DNA of 63,971 nucleotides, filler included, from Barthelona sp. PAP020 (Eukaryota), in the NCBI GenBank assembly GCA_040182905.1. It is 5 parts of 5 records of this genome, joined end to end, with 100 filler letters (N's around TTAATTAATTAA, not from the genome) between each part and the next. Parts side by side here need not be neighbours in the genome. Positions count along the whole stretch, not along the records: positions 41,773 to 55,497 come from JARQWU010000316.1; positions 55,598 to 63,971 come from JARQWU010000461.1; 3 more parts are not named here. One strand, given 5' to 3'. Positions within the stretch are counted from its first letter, which is position 1. Each line of letters begins with the position of its first letter. Below are positions 53,528 through 63,369 of the stretch, in pieces. A program made the position numbers and the translations under genes. A model generated the notes under the pieces. It saw nothing but the letters and a program-made list of their open reading frames with translations, searched no databases and had not been told where the DNA came from.

Positions 53528-54043
53528 GGGTAAAAAAAATGTGAAATGTTGAAAAATATTTTTCATCTTTTTTTTTAGCTTTCTGTTGGAATTCAATTTG
53601 TTGTATTATTCAATAAAGTAGTGTGGTATTCTGTTCAATATTTGTTATTTACCTAAAAAGAACTGTTTTAATACAAATCTAATTTTTGATTTCCGCAAGT
53701 TGTGATTTCAAAAACCGATAAATTTACAAATATTAACACCACTAAAAATATTTTGAGGGCTTTTTCCTTTAAAAAATATGTCTCAATGTGGATAAACAAT
53801 GCTTGACTTCAGCAGGAGTTCCATGTCAAAATACAACAAACATAGTTATTTTTAATTGAATATATTACATAATACCAACTATTTATTTTCTCACTGAAAA
53901 AATATTTGTAATTCACAAAAACGACCTCTTAGTTTTTTCCTTTACAATTTTGAAATAAGTTGAAAGCCAAAAATACAAAAAAGAAACAAAGACCAAAAAA
54001 TTTGGAAAAATTTACCAAAAGAAAAAAAAAATGTGTCCGATAA

Positions 54044-55156
54044 TCAAGCATTCGTATCGCTACTAATATTTGAAACATTTGAAACATTTGAAATTCTTCT
54101 TTCAACTTCATTTTCTCTAAAATGATTTCTTAAGACAGTTTTTGTCAAACCAACATATCCTTGGGTGGATATTACTTTATAAGGTGTTTTTACCCTGTTA
54201 TTCTTGTCAATAATCATGATATTTTTAGGATCTATTCCTATTCTCAAATAAGCTTTTTCATCAGTGTGTCTATTTCCAATACCACCAATAATCGGATTTA
54301 TGCTGTGAGGAAACAAAAACATAATCGTCCTCAAAATTGCAGTTTTAAAATCAGACGCTTGTCCCTGCATTTCCCTGATAAAACTTCTTCCTAACGAACA
54401 AGGTTGTAATAAAACGGGGCCCATTGGAGCATTAATGGGGTCGTTATGAACTTTTAAACCTGAATCAGAAGCACCAAAAAGATATGACTTCACATGTTCT
54501 ACATCTCCAATGGGTCTTGAACTCAAATAGATAACCAAATAACCTAATTCAGACAAATTTTGTAAAAAAACAGAAACGCCTGCATGAGAATAATTTTTTC
54601 CAATTCTTGGTAAAACCTGTCCTGCAATATCACTTCTTGTGATTGTTCCATCAATATCACTGATAACAATACGATCTTGAACATCCAAAAGAAATAAAGA
54701 TGTACATATTTGTGACACAACACCCTCATTGTTAATTTCAAGTGAAACTAAATTTCGTCCGCGTTGCAAATCCATTCTATCCATTTCATCAGGTGTAAAA
54801 AAAATTCTTTGAGATAATTTAAAGAAAGGCCTGAAATATTCATCACATTCTTCTAGATCACCATCATCTAACATTTCTTCAATGTAAACCATTCCAATAT
54901 CATTAGTTCTCAAATTTATATTGACCAATTTCTCATTTATTCTCAAAAAGACTTGATTGTTTGAAAGATTAGATACCAATTTTGATCCAAAAATTGCTAT
55001 TAAAGGACTACATTTATAGAATGATTCGTTTTCAAACACAGCAACTAAATCAAAAATCCAACTATGTCTTGGTTGATCTCCAGGAAGAAATTCATATAAA
55101 ATGTTGAAAGGTAAAAGATTTGAAGGTATTTCTAAAAAACTATCGTTCATTTGCAT
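54044..55156 (-). CDS. Lipin/Pah1 LNS2 phosphatidate phosphatase
   Basis: ISDIDGTITRSD (DxDxT), YLSSR, GPVL and GIGNRHTD..AY..IGI. The 5' end is unresolved. Confidence 0.85.
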   Translation of the reverse strand: MQMNDSFLEIPSNLLPFNILYEFLPGDQPRHSWIFDLVAVFENESFYKCSPLIAIFGSKLVSNLSNNQVFLRINEKLVNINLRTNDIGMVYIEEMLDDGDLEECDEYFRPFFKLSQRIFFTPDEMDRMDLQRGRNLVSLEINNEGVVSQICTSLFLLDVQDRIVISDIDGTITRSDIAGQVLPRIGKNYSHAGVSVFLQNLSELGYLVIYLSSRPIGDVEHVKSYLFGASDSGLKVHNDPINAPMGPVLLQPCSLGRSFIREMQGQASDFKTAILRTIMFLFPHSINPIIGGIGNRHTDEKAYLRIGIDPKNIMIIDKNNRVKTPYKVISTQGYVGLTKTVLRNHFRENEVERRISNVSNVSNISSDTNA

Positions 55157-55379
55157 CAATATATTTCCTATTAATCATAAGAAGGTTAAAAAATATTCAC
55201 AAAAATGATTTCTTTTCTTCTGATTCACTTCATATCACCTCTTCCAAAAAGTTTCCCCTTGAATGTTTCTTTATTCGTTTCAAAAATAAATATTTAGAAT
55301 AAAAGAACAAATTTTGAAAAACAAAAAAACGCAAAAACCTTCTTTACTTTATTCAGTTGTTATTCCAACCTTATTCACC

Positions 55380-55496
55380 TTACAAAAATCCTTGTTTATT
55401 GGCCTTCAAAATGTCAGCACTTGACCTTGCATCCAAGAATAATTTGGGAGCTTCTTCAATATGTTCCAATTCAATCATATCCATTTGATCTAATCT
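55380..55496 (-). CDS. RUVBL1: 3' end of RuvB-like 1 (pontin), 5' truncated; not in ORF track
   Basis: Translates as ...LEHIEEAPKLFLDARSSADILKANKQGFL*, matching the RUVBL1 C-terminal LFxDAKSSA motif. Confidence 0.75.
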   Translation of the reverse strand, partial: RLDQMDMIELEHIEEAPKLFLDARSSADILKANKQGFL

Positions 55497-55497
55497 T

Positions 55498-55597
55498 NNN
55501 NNNNNNNNNNNNNNNNNNNNNNNNNNNNNNNNNNNNNNNNNTTAATTAATTAANNNNNNNNNNNNNNNNNNNNNNNNNNNNNNNNNNNNNNNNNNNN
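55498..55597. other. Artificial contig linker
   Basis: N run with TTAATTAATTAA. Confidence 0.98.
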
Positions 55598-55599
55598 AG

Positions 55600-55743
55600 G
55601 TAACTATGATGATATATGCATCTGGTAAGGTGGTTTTTCAAGGCGCTAAAGCAGTTAATGCAGTAAACAGTGCAATGGAAAAAATGCATTATGTTTTGAT
55701 GAAGTATTCTCAAGACATTCAATCTTTGACTGAAGAAAATTAA
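55600..55743 (+). CDS. TBP: 3' end of TATA-binding protein or TBP-like factor, 5' truncated; not in ORF track
   Basis: VTMMIYASGKVVFQGAK...AMEKMHYVLMKY versus consensus VLLIFVSGKVVLTGAK...AFENIYPIL. Confidence 0.75.
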   Translation, partial: VTMMIYASGKVVFQGAKAVNAVNSAMEKMHYVLMKYSQDIQSLTEEN

Positions 55744-56007
55744 TTCCTGTGCATTCCGATTTGTTTGTTGATTTTGTTCGTTCATTTTTTTCTTTCTTTC
55801 TTTGTTTATAGTCTCAACTTTCAAATAATTATTTGATAATTATTTTAACACACACGTACTTTTTTTTTTCGCTTTTATAAATATTTTTTTTGTCTTTTTT
55901 CTCTTCTGTCGTTTCAAATTATTGAACAAACTCCTTTCCATAAAAGCAAGAAAAAAAAACTCTGATTAATGACAAATAAAATTGTTACATATTTATAAAA
56001 ATAGAGG

Positions 56008-56787
56008 TCAAAGAAGATTCTGATCTCTTTCAGCTTTGATGGGGTCAATTAAAGCCTGAATTTCTTCTTCAATCAAATGTCTAACTGTTGGTTCACCATC
56101 AATTAATTCTAAAACACAAAATTCCAATGTTTGGGTTGTTAAACATGATGCATCCACAACTTTTGCTAATGTTTTAGCAGCTAAATGCAGTGCATCTTCA
56201 ATCAAGAGTTCATCAGAATACTCTTCCTGTAAAAATGTTTGAGATGTGCTGGAACCCCTACCGATTGAATGTGCTTTCCAACCACGATAATTTCCAGATG
56301 GATCAGACCAATATAATTGAAAACCTCTTTGTTTATCGTATCCAGCATATAAAAAAGCGACACCATGTGGTCTTAAACCACCATGTTGAGTATACGCTTG
56401 TTTTTCATCACAAATAGCACGAACCAATGGTTCAACAGGAATTGGTTGTTGAATCTTGTGATAAAATCTTTGAGAATGTAAACGCGCCATTTCTATCAAT
56501 GAATGAGCATCAGATGTTAATCCTGCAACAGCAACTACAATATGATTATCGAGCTTAACTAATCTTTCAGCATTTTTAATATCTAATAACTTTGAAACGA
56601 CTTTTCTTTCTGCACCAAGAACAATACCGTTTTTCGCTAAAATACCAACAGCAGGACTACACTTTTCAATGGACTTAATAGCCCAAGCAATTTGATGCAA
56701 ATATCCACTGGACGAGAATGTGGTTGTTTTCGAATCGTATCTACTACTCTAATTGTTAGATTATTGATATGAATATTGAAATACCAT
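56008..56787 (-). CDS. PSMA4: 20S proteasome subunit alpha3, two exons (ATG 56787-56785, 56748-56008)
   Basis: Spliced start MSSRYDSKTTTFS, then AVAGLTSDA, KQAYTQHGGLRP and SDPSGNY.GWKA. Confidence 0.9.
56749..56784 (-). other. Spliceosomal intron, 36 nt, directly after the start codon
   Basis: ATG|GTATTT...CTAAC-AATTAG|AGT. Contains an in-frame TAA, so it must be spliced out. Confidence 0.85.
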
Positions 56788-57094
56788 CACTCAAAAACAA
56801 AAAAAAATTGAGATCACAGTGATTTTTACAATGAAACATTAAATCTTTTTCATCTCAATGAAGCAAAAGTATTTGTTATTTGATTTAAACTTTAACTTTT
56901 AATAATTAGAGAGAAATTTCAATTGAATAGGGAAAAAATGACCCCTAAACATTCTTATAAAAACATTTCCAAAGGTTATAATTACTTTTATTATTTCGAC
57001 AAACTTATTGATTCAACAAAAATAAATCTTCAAATCATTTTCAAAAATTGAGGTGAGAATTCTTTTTTGAATTTTTTTTGTTAATTATTTTGAT

Positions 57095-57925
57095 ATGTAC
57101 AGTTCCAGAAGACAGCCAGCGGCTATGGTTGATCATGTGAGTTTAATATTGAATCCTGCAGATACTATTGCTGAACAACAAAGAAGAAAAGGAATTAAAC
57201 CAAAAAATTTCAACCAAATCAACCGTCAACGAATTCAACAACAACAACAAAGAGCTAGAGTTAAAAAATTAGAAGATAGCCAATCTATGAATGATAATTT
57301 CACATTACGAGAGTTTTCCAATATTCCTTCAAGGGTTCAACAAGCTACAGAGGCGAAAATATCTTCTGCTCGAAGAAATCAACAAGAATACATTCGTAAA
57401 GGTCAAGCGTCTGCTCGTGCAAAAGTGCTCAATGAACAAGCAAAAGCCAGAGCTGACGAAGTTAGAAAAGAAAAGAATTTGAACAGTAAACCAAGATTAC
57501 CATCAGCAGAGAATGGCATGCCTCAACATTCACACACCAATTTTTTGCAAAGAAATAAGCTGGCTATAAAGTCAACTAATAGTCGTCATAACGTTTCTAA
57601 TAAAACAAGCTCTCATAAAGCTGGTGAAATTCCTGAATATTTGAGAGAAAGAAAAGCAGAATTGGATGCTCAAAAAAAAGTTGTCACTGTTCAAGATCAC
57701 AACAATGGTATTGTTAAATTACCTGAAGAAGAAAGAACAGAAACATTGAACAAATTAAAACAGCAGCTTAATGAGTTGGAAGAAGAATTGAGAAAATTAC
57801 CCTTAGTCATTGAAACTCATTCTGGCATGCAGAGAAAAAACAATTTGGAGGAACAAATTAATACCACTTTGTCAGCTATCAAAATTTTCGATCAACCTGT
57901 CGTTTATGTAAACTTAAATGAATAA
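57095..57925 (+). CDS. ENKD1: Enkurin domain-containing protein (ciliary)
   Basis: GEIPEYLRERK, LPEEERTETL, LPLVIET...RKNNLE and AIKIFDQPVVYV. Confidence 0.8.
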   Translation: MYSSRRQPAAMVDHVSLILNPADTIAEQQRRKGIKPKNFNQINRQRIQQQQQRARVKKLEDSQSMNDNFTLREFSNIPSRVQQATEAKISSARRNQQEYIRKGQASARAKVLNEQAKARADEVRKEKNLNSKPRLPSAENGMPQHSHTNFLQRNKLAIKSTNSRHNVSNKTSSHKAGEIPEYLRERKAELDAQKKVVTVQDHNNGIVKLPEEERTETLNKLKQQLNELEEELRKLPLVIETHSGMQRKNNLEEQINTTLSAIKIFDQPVVYVNLNE

Positions 57926-57957
57926 ATAAATATGTAATCCCTTTATTGTTTTTGTTT

Positions 57958-58333
57958 TTATTGGGCATATTCCCTGTCAAAAGCTCTTTGCAAGCTCACA
58001 ATTTGTTCACTAATTTCCTTTTCTTTAACGTGTAAGCTATCAACTGTTGCCTGCAATTGATCAATGTTCTCTTGAATTACAAGAATAACTTCTTTTGTGG
58101 TTCTTTCGACTAAAACATCTCCAACAAGTCTTAAATATTTTCTGTCATTCCCTCCAATTTCTTCGATTACCGATTTTGTACTTCTAAATAATAAGATAGG
58201 AATAAAACATCTTCAAATATTAATACAATGTTTGTTGCCTTACAAGATCCAATTCAAATATGCATCCTTGAACTTGATTAAATTCTTGAGCATATTTCTG
58301 AACATTTTCAATAAATTCTTCTTTTCAGGGCAT
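57958..58333 (-). CDS. PFDN2: Prefoldin subunit 2, two exons, with in-frame TGA at codon 3; not in ORF track
   Basis: RKYLRLVGDVLVERTTKEV motif. Exon 1 reads KEEFIENVQKYAQEFNQVQGCIFELD. Intron at 58184-58226. Confidence 0.75.
58184..58226 (-). other. Spliceosomal intron, 43 nt
   Basis: GTATTA...CTTAT-TATTTAG. Removal joins the prefoldin frames. Confidence 0.7.
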
Positions 58334-58592
58334 TGTAAATTAATGAATTAACAGATTTTTTTGCAAATTGGGGTTTACTTGTGTTGTTTTATTACATAGT
58401 TGAAAACTAAAATTTGTTAATCGATATATCATAACAAATGAGAAAATCAATGAAAATCCAAAGAAATATTAATTATCAATTTAAATGTTGCTTTGTTTGT
58501 TTGAAAGTTGAAGTTCTAAGGAAATTTCTACAAATATTGCACAAAGAATTGAAATTAGAGACAAATTTTCAAACCAATTTTTTTTTCGTTTC

Positions 58593-60323
58593 ATGAACAA
58601 AAATTTATTGCTTTGGGGCTTAATTGTGTTAACAATATCTAATTGTTTGCAATGTCCAGATCTTGGATTCAGAAAAATTACTTTTTGTGACACCACAAAA
58701 GTTACAAGAAATTTGCCACATACTTATTTTAATTGTTTAAGAGACAATGAATTGAAGAGTGTTCTTTACGCTGGCTCATGTGAATGCCCAAATAATTGCA
58801 ATTATGAATCAAACTTTGGACAATGTTCCAATGGTAAATGTCAATGTAATAAAGGATATACTGGAAAGGACTGTGGATTACCTACTAGCGATAATAATTG
58901 CAATGGCAAAGGACAATTCACGAATGGATATTGTTTGTGTAATGATGGATATTCTGGACGTTTTTGTGAGGTTAATAATGTTCAATTACCTAGATTTCCT
59001 GTCGTTTTTCAAGATAATTATTGGAATGACAAGTATGGTGAGAATCATCCGTTGTTCCTATTAGACAGTTGGTTTACTTATGATGTTGTGATGAATGAAA
59101 AAGATTTATTACATTTATTGGATCCAATTCATATGAATGATCGTATTTATTATCCTGCGAAATTGACAATGGTTGGTCCTACTGGAACTGTCGTGAAAGA
59201 TTATAATGTGGGAATTAGATTACGTGGCATGTCTACTAGAGGTGAACCCAAGAAAAGTTGGAAAATTTCTTTCACAAAATTTGGTTCCGATTCAATATTT
59301 GACCAAAAATCCATCAATTTGAATGGTCAGCAAAATGATTTTACACATGCTAGAGATCCAATGGCAACCGAAATTTTAAGAACTATGGGTGTTCCTGCTC
59401 CTCGAACAGGTCATGCTGAATTGAGAATTAATGATATCAATTATGGATCTTTTATTTTGGCTGAAAGCATCAATAGTGATTTTACTAATGTACATTTGAA
59501 AAAGAGTAAAGGTGATAGGTACAAATGTAGAGGAGGTGCTTCTTTTTCTTACATTAGTAACGACCCGAAAAAATATCAAGATCAAACGTTTACTTATATG
59601 AATATTACTCGTCAACTTTATGAATTACAAGATCATGCTTCTTCCACTGATTACAAGGATTTAAGAGATTTGATTGTTGCCATTCATAACAATCCATTGA
59701 TTGATCAGTATTTAAATGTTGACTTATTCCTTAGAGCTTTTAGTGCATATGTGATGACTGGGAATTGGGATAGTTATCCTTGGAATGCCAACAACATTCA
59801 AATCTTTAGGGATAAAAAAAGCCAAATCTTCAATTGGTTAGCTTTTGATTGTGATACATCATTTGGGTTTGATCAATTACAGGCTATTAATGGTGCTATT
59901 GATTGGAGTACCATTGATATTTATAGTTGGCAAAAATATTCAGAACAGAGCCCCACCAAAGGTAAGAGACCTCTTGCTGAATTATGCATGCAAAATCCAG
60001 ATTATAGAAATGCTTATTCAAAATGGATTATTGATTTGATTAAAAATGGGCCTTTGGACATAAATAGATCTGAATTTAAAGACAGAGTTCAATTATTCAA
60101 AGACAAAATGTTAAGCGTATTGAAAAGGGACTATCAAAATCTTTTCCATTATGGTTTACAATTTGATGACATTGATAAATATTATGACGTTCCTTTTACT
60201 CGTCACATCCCAAATAATCCTGATGAAATTGAAGTTGTCGTTAGATGGGGAATGAATGAGTTTTTTAAGAACAGATATTATTCGGCTGTTAAACAATTGA
60301 AAGAAAATGGTTACAAGTTTTAA
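58593..60323 (+). CDS. Secreted EGF-repeat plus CotH kinase-domain protein
   Basis: Signal peptide, two tenascin-type EGF repeats (CQCNKGYTGKDC, CLCNDGYSGRFC), and CotH motifs RLRGMSTR..PKKSWK, GNWDSY..NANN and FDCDTSFG. Confidence 0.85.
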   Translation: MNKNLLLWGLIVLTISNCLQCPDLGFRKITFCDTTKVTRNLPHTYFNCLRDNELKSVLYAGSCECPNNCNYESNFGQCSNGKCQCNKGYTGKDCGLPTSDNNCNGKGQFTNGYCLCNDGYSGRFCEVNNVQLPRFPVVFQDNYWNDKYGENHPLFLLDSWFTYDVVMNEKDLLHLLDPIHMNDRIYYPAKLTMVGPTGTVVKDYNVGIRLRGMSTRGEPKKSWKISFTKFGSDSIFDQKSINLNGQQNDFTHARDPMATEILRTMGVPAPRTGHAELRINDINYGSFILAESINSDFTNVHLKKSKGDRYKCRGGASFSYISNDPKKYQDQTFTYMNITRQLYELQDHASSTDYKDLRDLIVAIHNNPLIDQYLNVDLFLRAFSAYVMTGNWDSYPWNANNIQIFRDKKSQIFNWLAFDCDTSFGFDQLQAINGAIDWSTIDIYSWQKYSEQSPTKGKRPLAELCMQNPDYRNAYSKWIIDLIKNGPLDINRSEFKDRVQLFKDKMLSVLKRDYQNLFHYGLQFDDIDKYYDVPFTRHIPNNPDEIEVVVRWGMNEFFKNRYYSAVKQLKENGYKF

Positions 60324-60567
60324 TTCATTTGAAGACGAATTTTTCTTTGTAAATTTCTAAATTTTGGTCATTTTTTTGTCAATAACATATGTATGAGAAC
60401 ATTTGTTTGGGAAACATTTCAAAAGTCGCATCTTTTGTCAAAAGGATGTCTCAATGATTATATTTAGATAAATACCTCTCCTTTGTCCGTTATATGTCAA
60501 GTTAATGCATACAACACTGTGAAAAATGAAATATATTGAGAAGTTAAAACATTTTCATTATTTATGG

Positions 60568-61588
60568 CTACATGGATTTGCGAAGTTGTTGAATCTTGTT
60601 CAATAAAAATAAATCTTCAAATTGCTTATCAAAAATTAAACGACAATTTTTTGAGAAGTCTTCATAACTTATTTTGTCTTTTTTAATTAGTTCCAACAAT
60701 TCATAACACATGTCAATGCAAGCCAATCTGTCAGCTTCAAGATTTAAAGTTTGTTCAGACAGCATATTTTCTGTTGAAAAGACAACAAAATTATTTTGTC
60801 TTTCATCTGATGAATACTCAGAAGCAAGAGTTTTAATGTAAACAAACTTTTTCTGTAATTTTATGGATGTGTCCTCAACCACTTTAATTTTTTCATTTAA
60901 CAAGAGTCTCTTCCTTTCAATATTTTTCAATGCTCTACAATAATCTTTATACAAACTTAATAACTCTCCATTGATTTTGGCAATAACATTAGCCCTAATA
61001 CGCTCGTTTTGTCCAATATTTGGAATGACATTTCTAAAAGATGTTGTTTGTTGCTGTGATTCATCTTGATTTCGATTCCCAGCCATGGTTTCAAAATTTG
61101 AAGGTGGTTGAGAAATTATTGGTTCTTCAAGGGTATCACATTGAAAAGGAAAATTTTGTTGAATAAAACTTATCAAATTGGTTATCAATGAATGTAAATT
61201 ATAACTTCGATTCCAAGTCATCATGTAAGGGGTTTTAATCATTCCTCTCACATTTACCCATGAAGAAACAATTAAACTGTAACCTTTAGGTGCTTCAATA
61301 GTAATAATAGGACATTTGTCGGGGTAATAGTCTGGATATATAATTAATTTTACAAACAATTCTTTTCCTTCATGTTCAACAGAAAAATTTCCTTTTAATA
61401 AAACACAATCTACACTTGTGCCATTTTGTCGTCCTATAATGTTAGAAATGAGGAAATTCAAATCGACTTATTATTCGAGGCTCAAGTTTCAAACAACGAT
61501 GTGATTTTAATACTTGATGAACATCATTAAGTGCTCTAGAATAATCATTAAAACATCTACAATTGAACAAAATAGTTTGCAAATTCAT
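60568..61588 (-). CDS. TSG101: ESCRT-I subunit TSG101/Vps23, two exons (61588-61468, 61433-60568)
   Basis: UEV domain (NDVHQVL..H..L.LEP; YPDYYPDKCP; GMIKTPY..W), coiled coil, and steadiness box ISYEDFSKNCRLIFDKQF. Confidence 0.75.
61434..61467 (-). other. Spliceosomal intron, 34 nt
   Basis: GTCGAT...CTAAC-ATTATAG. Joins the ATG 61588 exon in frame. Confidence 0.8.
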
Positions 61589-62295
61589 AAAAAAAACTTG
61601 AACTATAAAATTATTTTTAAAATATGTAATGAAAGAAAGAACAGTTTTGAATGAAGTTTAGCCTAAAATTGAAATCTTAAGCTTGAACAAAAACTTTGGA
61701 CAATAACAGATTGTCATCAAAAAGTAAATGTTTGCTTGTTTAAACTGCAAAAACACTTTACCCTTCAAATTAAGATATTTTATTCTTTAACATTTTTTGA
61801 ATGCTTCCATAATCATCATTTATTAAGAGAATTTAAGTTTGTGTTGGAACTTAGTAAAGAAGAATTTTCACTTTTCTTTGTTGATTATCAAAAATCTGCA
61901 CTTGGTAACAAGGGAATTTGCATCTGAATCATCACTTTCTCAATTTTTTTGAGAACAGGTCTAGTCATAAATTAATGCAATAGTTATTATATCTGCTTGT
62001 ACGAAATTGAAGGTGTTTAATTTTTGCTTATATAGCAACAATGTTTATCATTATCAAAGTGCCAAATTTTACAAAAATAGGGGTGTATTCTTGCTTCTTT
62101 CCCAAGGATGTGGGTAAAAGCACTCAAACAATTGATTCAAACCATATCGTTGTGTTAATTTTTGCTTTTTTTTTTGCGGATACAAACAAAAGATTTGAGC
62201 AAATTTTTTTTTTTTTTGGAATCAGACCCAACAATTAGACGAAGCAAAATAAGCAAACAATAACAATATTTTACACACATTTAAAGACAAAATAT

Positions 62296-63369
62296 TTAGG
62301 GAAACATTTCCAAATTTTTCCAATAATCAACACAATCAATGAGGTCTTCTTTGGTCATGATTGGATGTTCATAACAAAAACCAGTACTTTCAATGGCATT
62401 TCCGTTGATACACAAAGAGTTGTTACCCAAAAGAGGAGCAGGAATCTTTGGATGAATAGGACTTCTCCTCATATTGTTTTTTTTCATTAATTCATTAAAT
62501 TCTTTCAAATGCTTAAGGTTCACTGTTTTGGCGACTGCATCCAAAGAAATACCAGCGGCCATTCTACTGAAAATAGCTCCAACATATTCAATATTAATTT
62601 TAAATAGTTCAGACAAATAATTGTTTATGGTATTTTGAGTTGTATTAGTCTTGTCACAAATGTTAAAAACACCATTTTCCACATTCTCAGCCAAATGAAT
62701 TAAAGCGTGAGCTAAATCGTCCACATGTACAGTATTCATACAAAGACTATCGGTCCACATGCATTTCATAACTTCACCAGTTTCCTGATAAAGACGAGCA
62801 ATGGTCAAACGAGGCATAATATTCATTATTTCACCTTTACCATATGCAATAGCAGATCTAGCGATAACAAGAGGAATTCCCATTTTCTTCAATTCTTCTT
62901 CAGTTTCAAAATGAGCTCTTGCTACAATTGTTTGAGGGGCAATTTTTGCCCTTTCATCTAAGGGTCTTGAAGAACTTTCGTATACTCTAGCAGAAGAAAG
63001 ATAAATGAATTTTCCACAATTACAAGCTTTAGCGGCATTGGCACAATTGACAGCAGGTTGTTTGTTCATCATAAGAATAGCTTCATCGGGTAAATCATAC
63101 CGAACGACGCCTGCGCAATAAAAAGCATAAGTCCAATTGTCATCATCAAGAGCGAAAGCTTGAGCAACTTGAGAGGGGTCATCTAATGGAATTTGCATAA
63201 ATTCAACACAATCTTCTTCAAAAACTTGAGCTAATTCTTCATCAAGATCCAATAATTGAGGAGGTACTTTGTCAACAACACGAATCAAATCATATTCTTC
63301 ACTATCAACAAGTGCTTGAACTAGATATCTTCCAACAAAACCACATCCCCCAAGAACAATAACAGACAT
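62296..63369 (-). CDS. NAD-dependent epimerase/dehydratase (extended SDR)
   Basis: VLGGCGFVGRYLV Rossmann motif, FIYLSSARVY and NTVHVDDL. Confidence 0.85.
   Translation of the reverse strand: MSVIVLGGCGFVGRYLVQALVDSEEYDLIRVVDKVPPQLLDLDEELAQVFEEDCVEFMQIPLDDPSQVAQAFALDDDNWTYAFYCAGVVRYDLPDEAILMMNKQPAVNCANAAKACNCGKFIYLSSARVYESSSRPLDERAKIAPQTIVARAHFETEEELKKMGIPLVIARSAIAYGKGEIMNIMPRLTIARLYQETGEVMKCMWTDSLCMNTVHVDDLAHALIHLAENVENGVFNICDKTNTTQNTINNYLSELFKINIEYVGAIFSRMAAGISLDAVAKTVNLKHLKEFNELMKKNNMRRSPIHPKIPAPLLGNNSLCINGNAIESTGFCYEHPIMTKEDLIDCVDYWKNLEMFP

Noticed and set aside
55168..55200. Possible 33-nt GT-AG intron upstream of lipin
   Set aside because: Splicing creates an in-frame TGA and there is no clear branch point at the usual spacing. 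Left unresolved.
13922..55597. Four identical TTAATTAATTAA palindromes spaced about 13.8-13.9 kb apart
   Set aside because: They are artificial linkers inside N runs. Contig lengths fall monotonically (at least 13921, then 13821, 13730, 13725), so these are size-sorted unlinked contigs and the periodicity and cross-linker neighbourhoods are artefacts.
61620..62290. Short ORFs between TSG101 and the epimerase
   Set aside because: No frame gave a convincing protein with or without a short intron.
3293..62961. Numerous 60-145 aa ORFs nested in or antisense to real genes
   Set aside because: They are shadow ORFs of coding sequence with no motifs.
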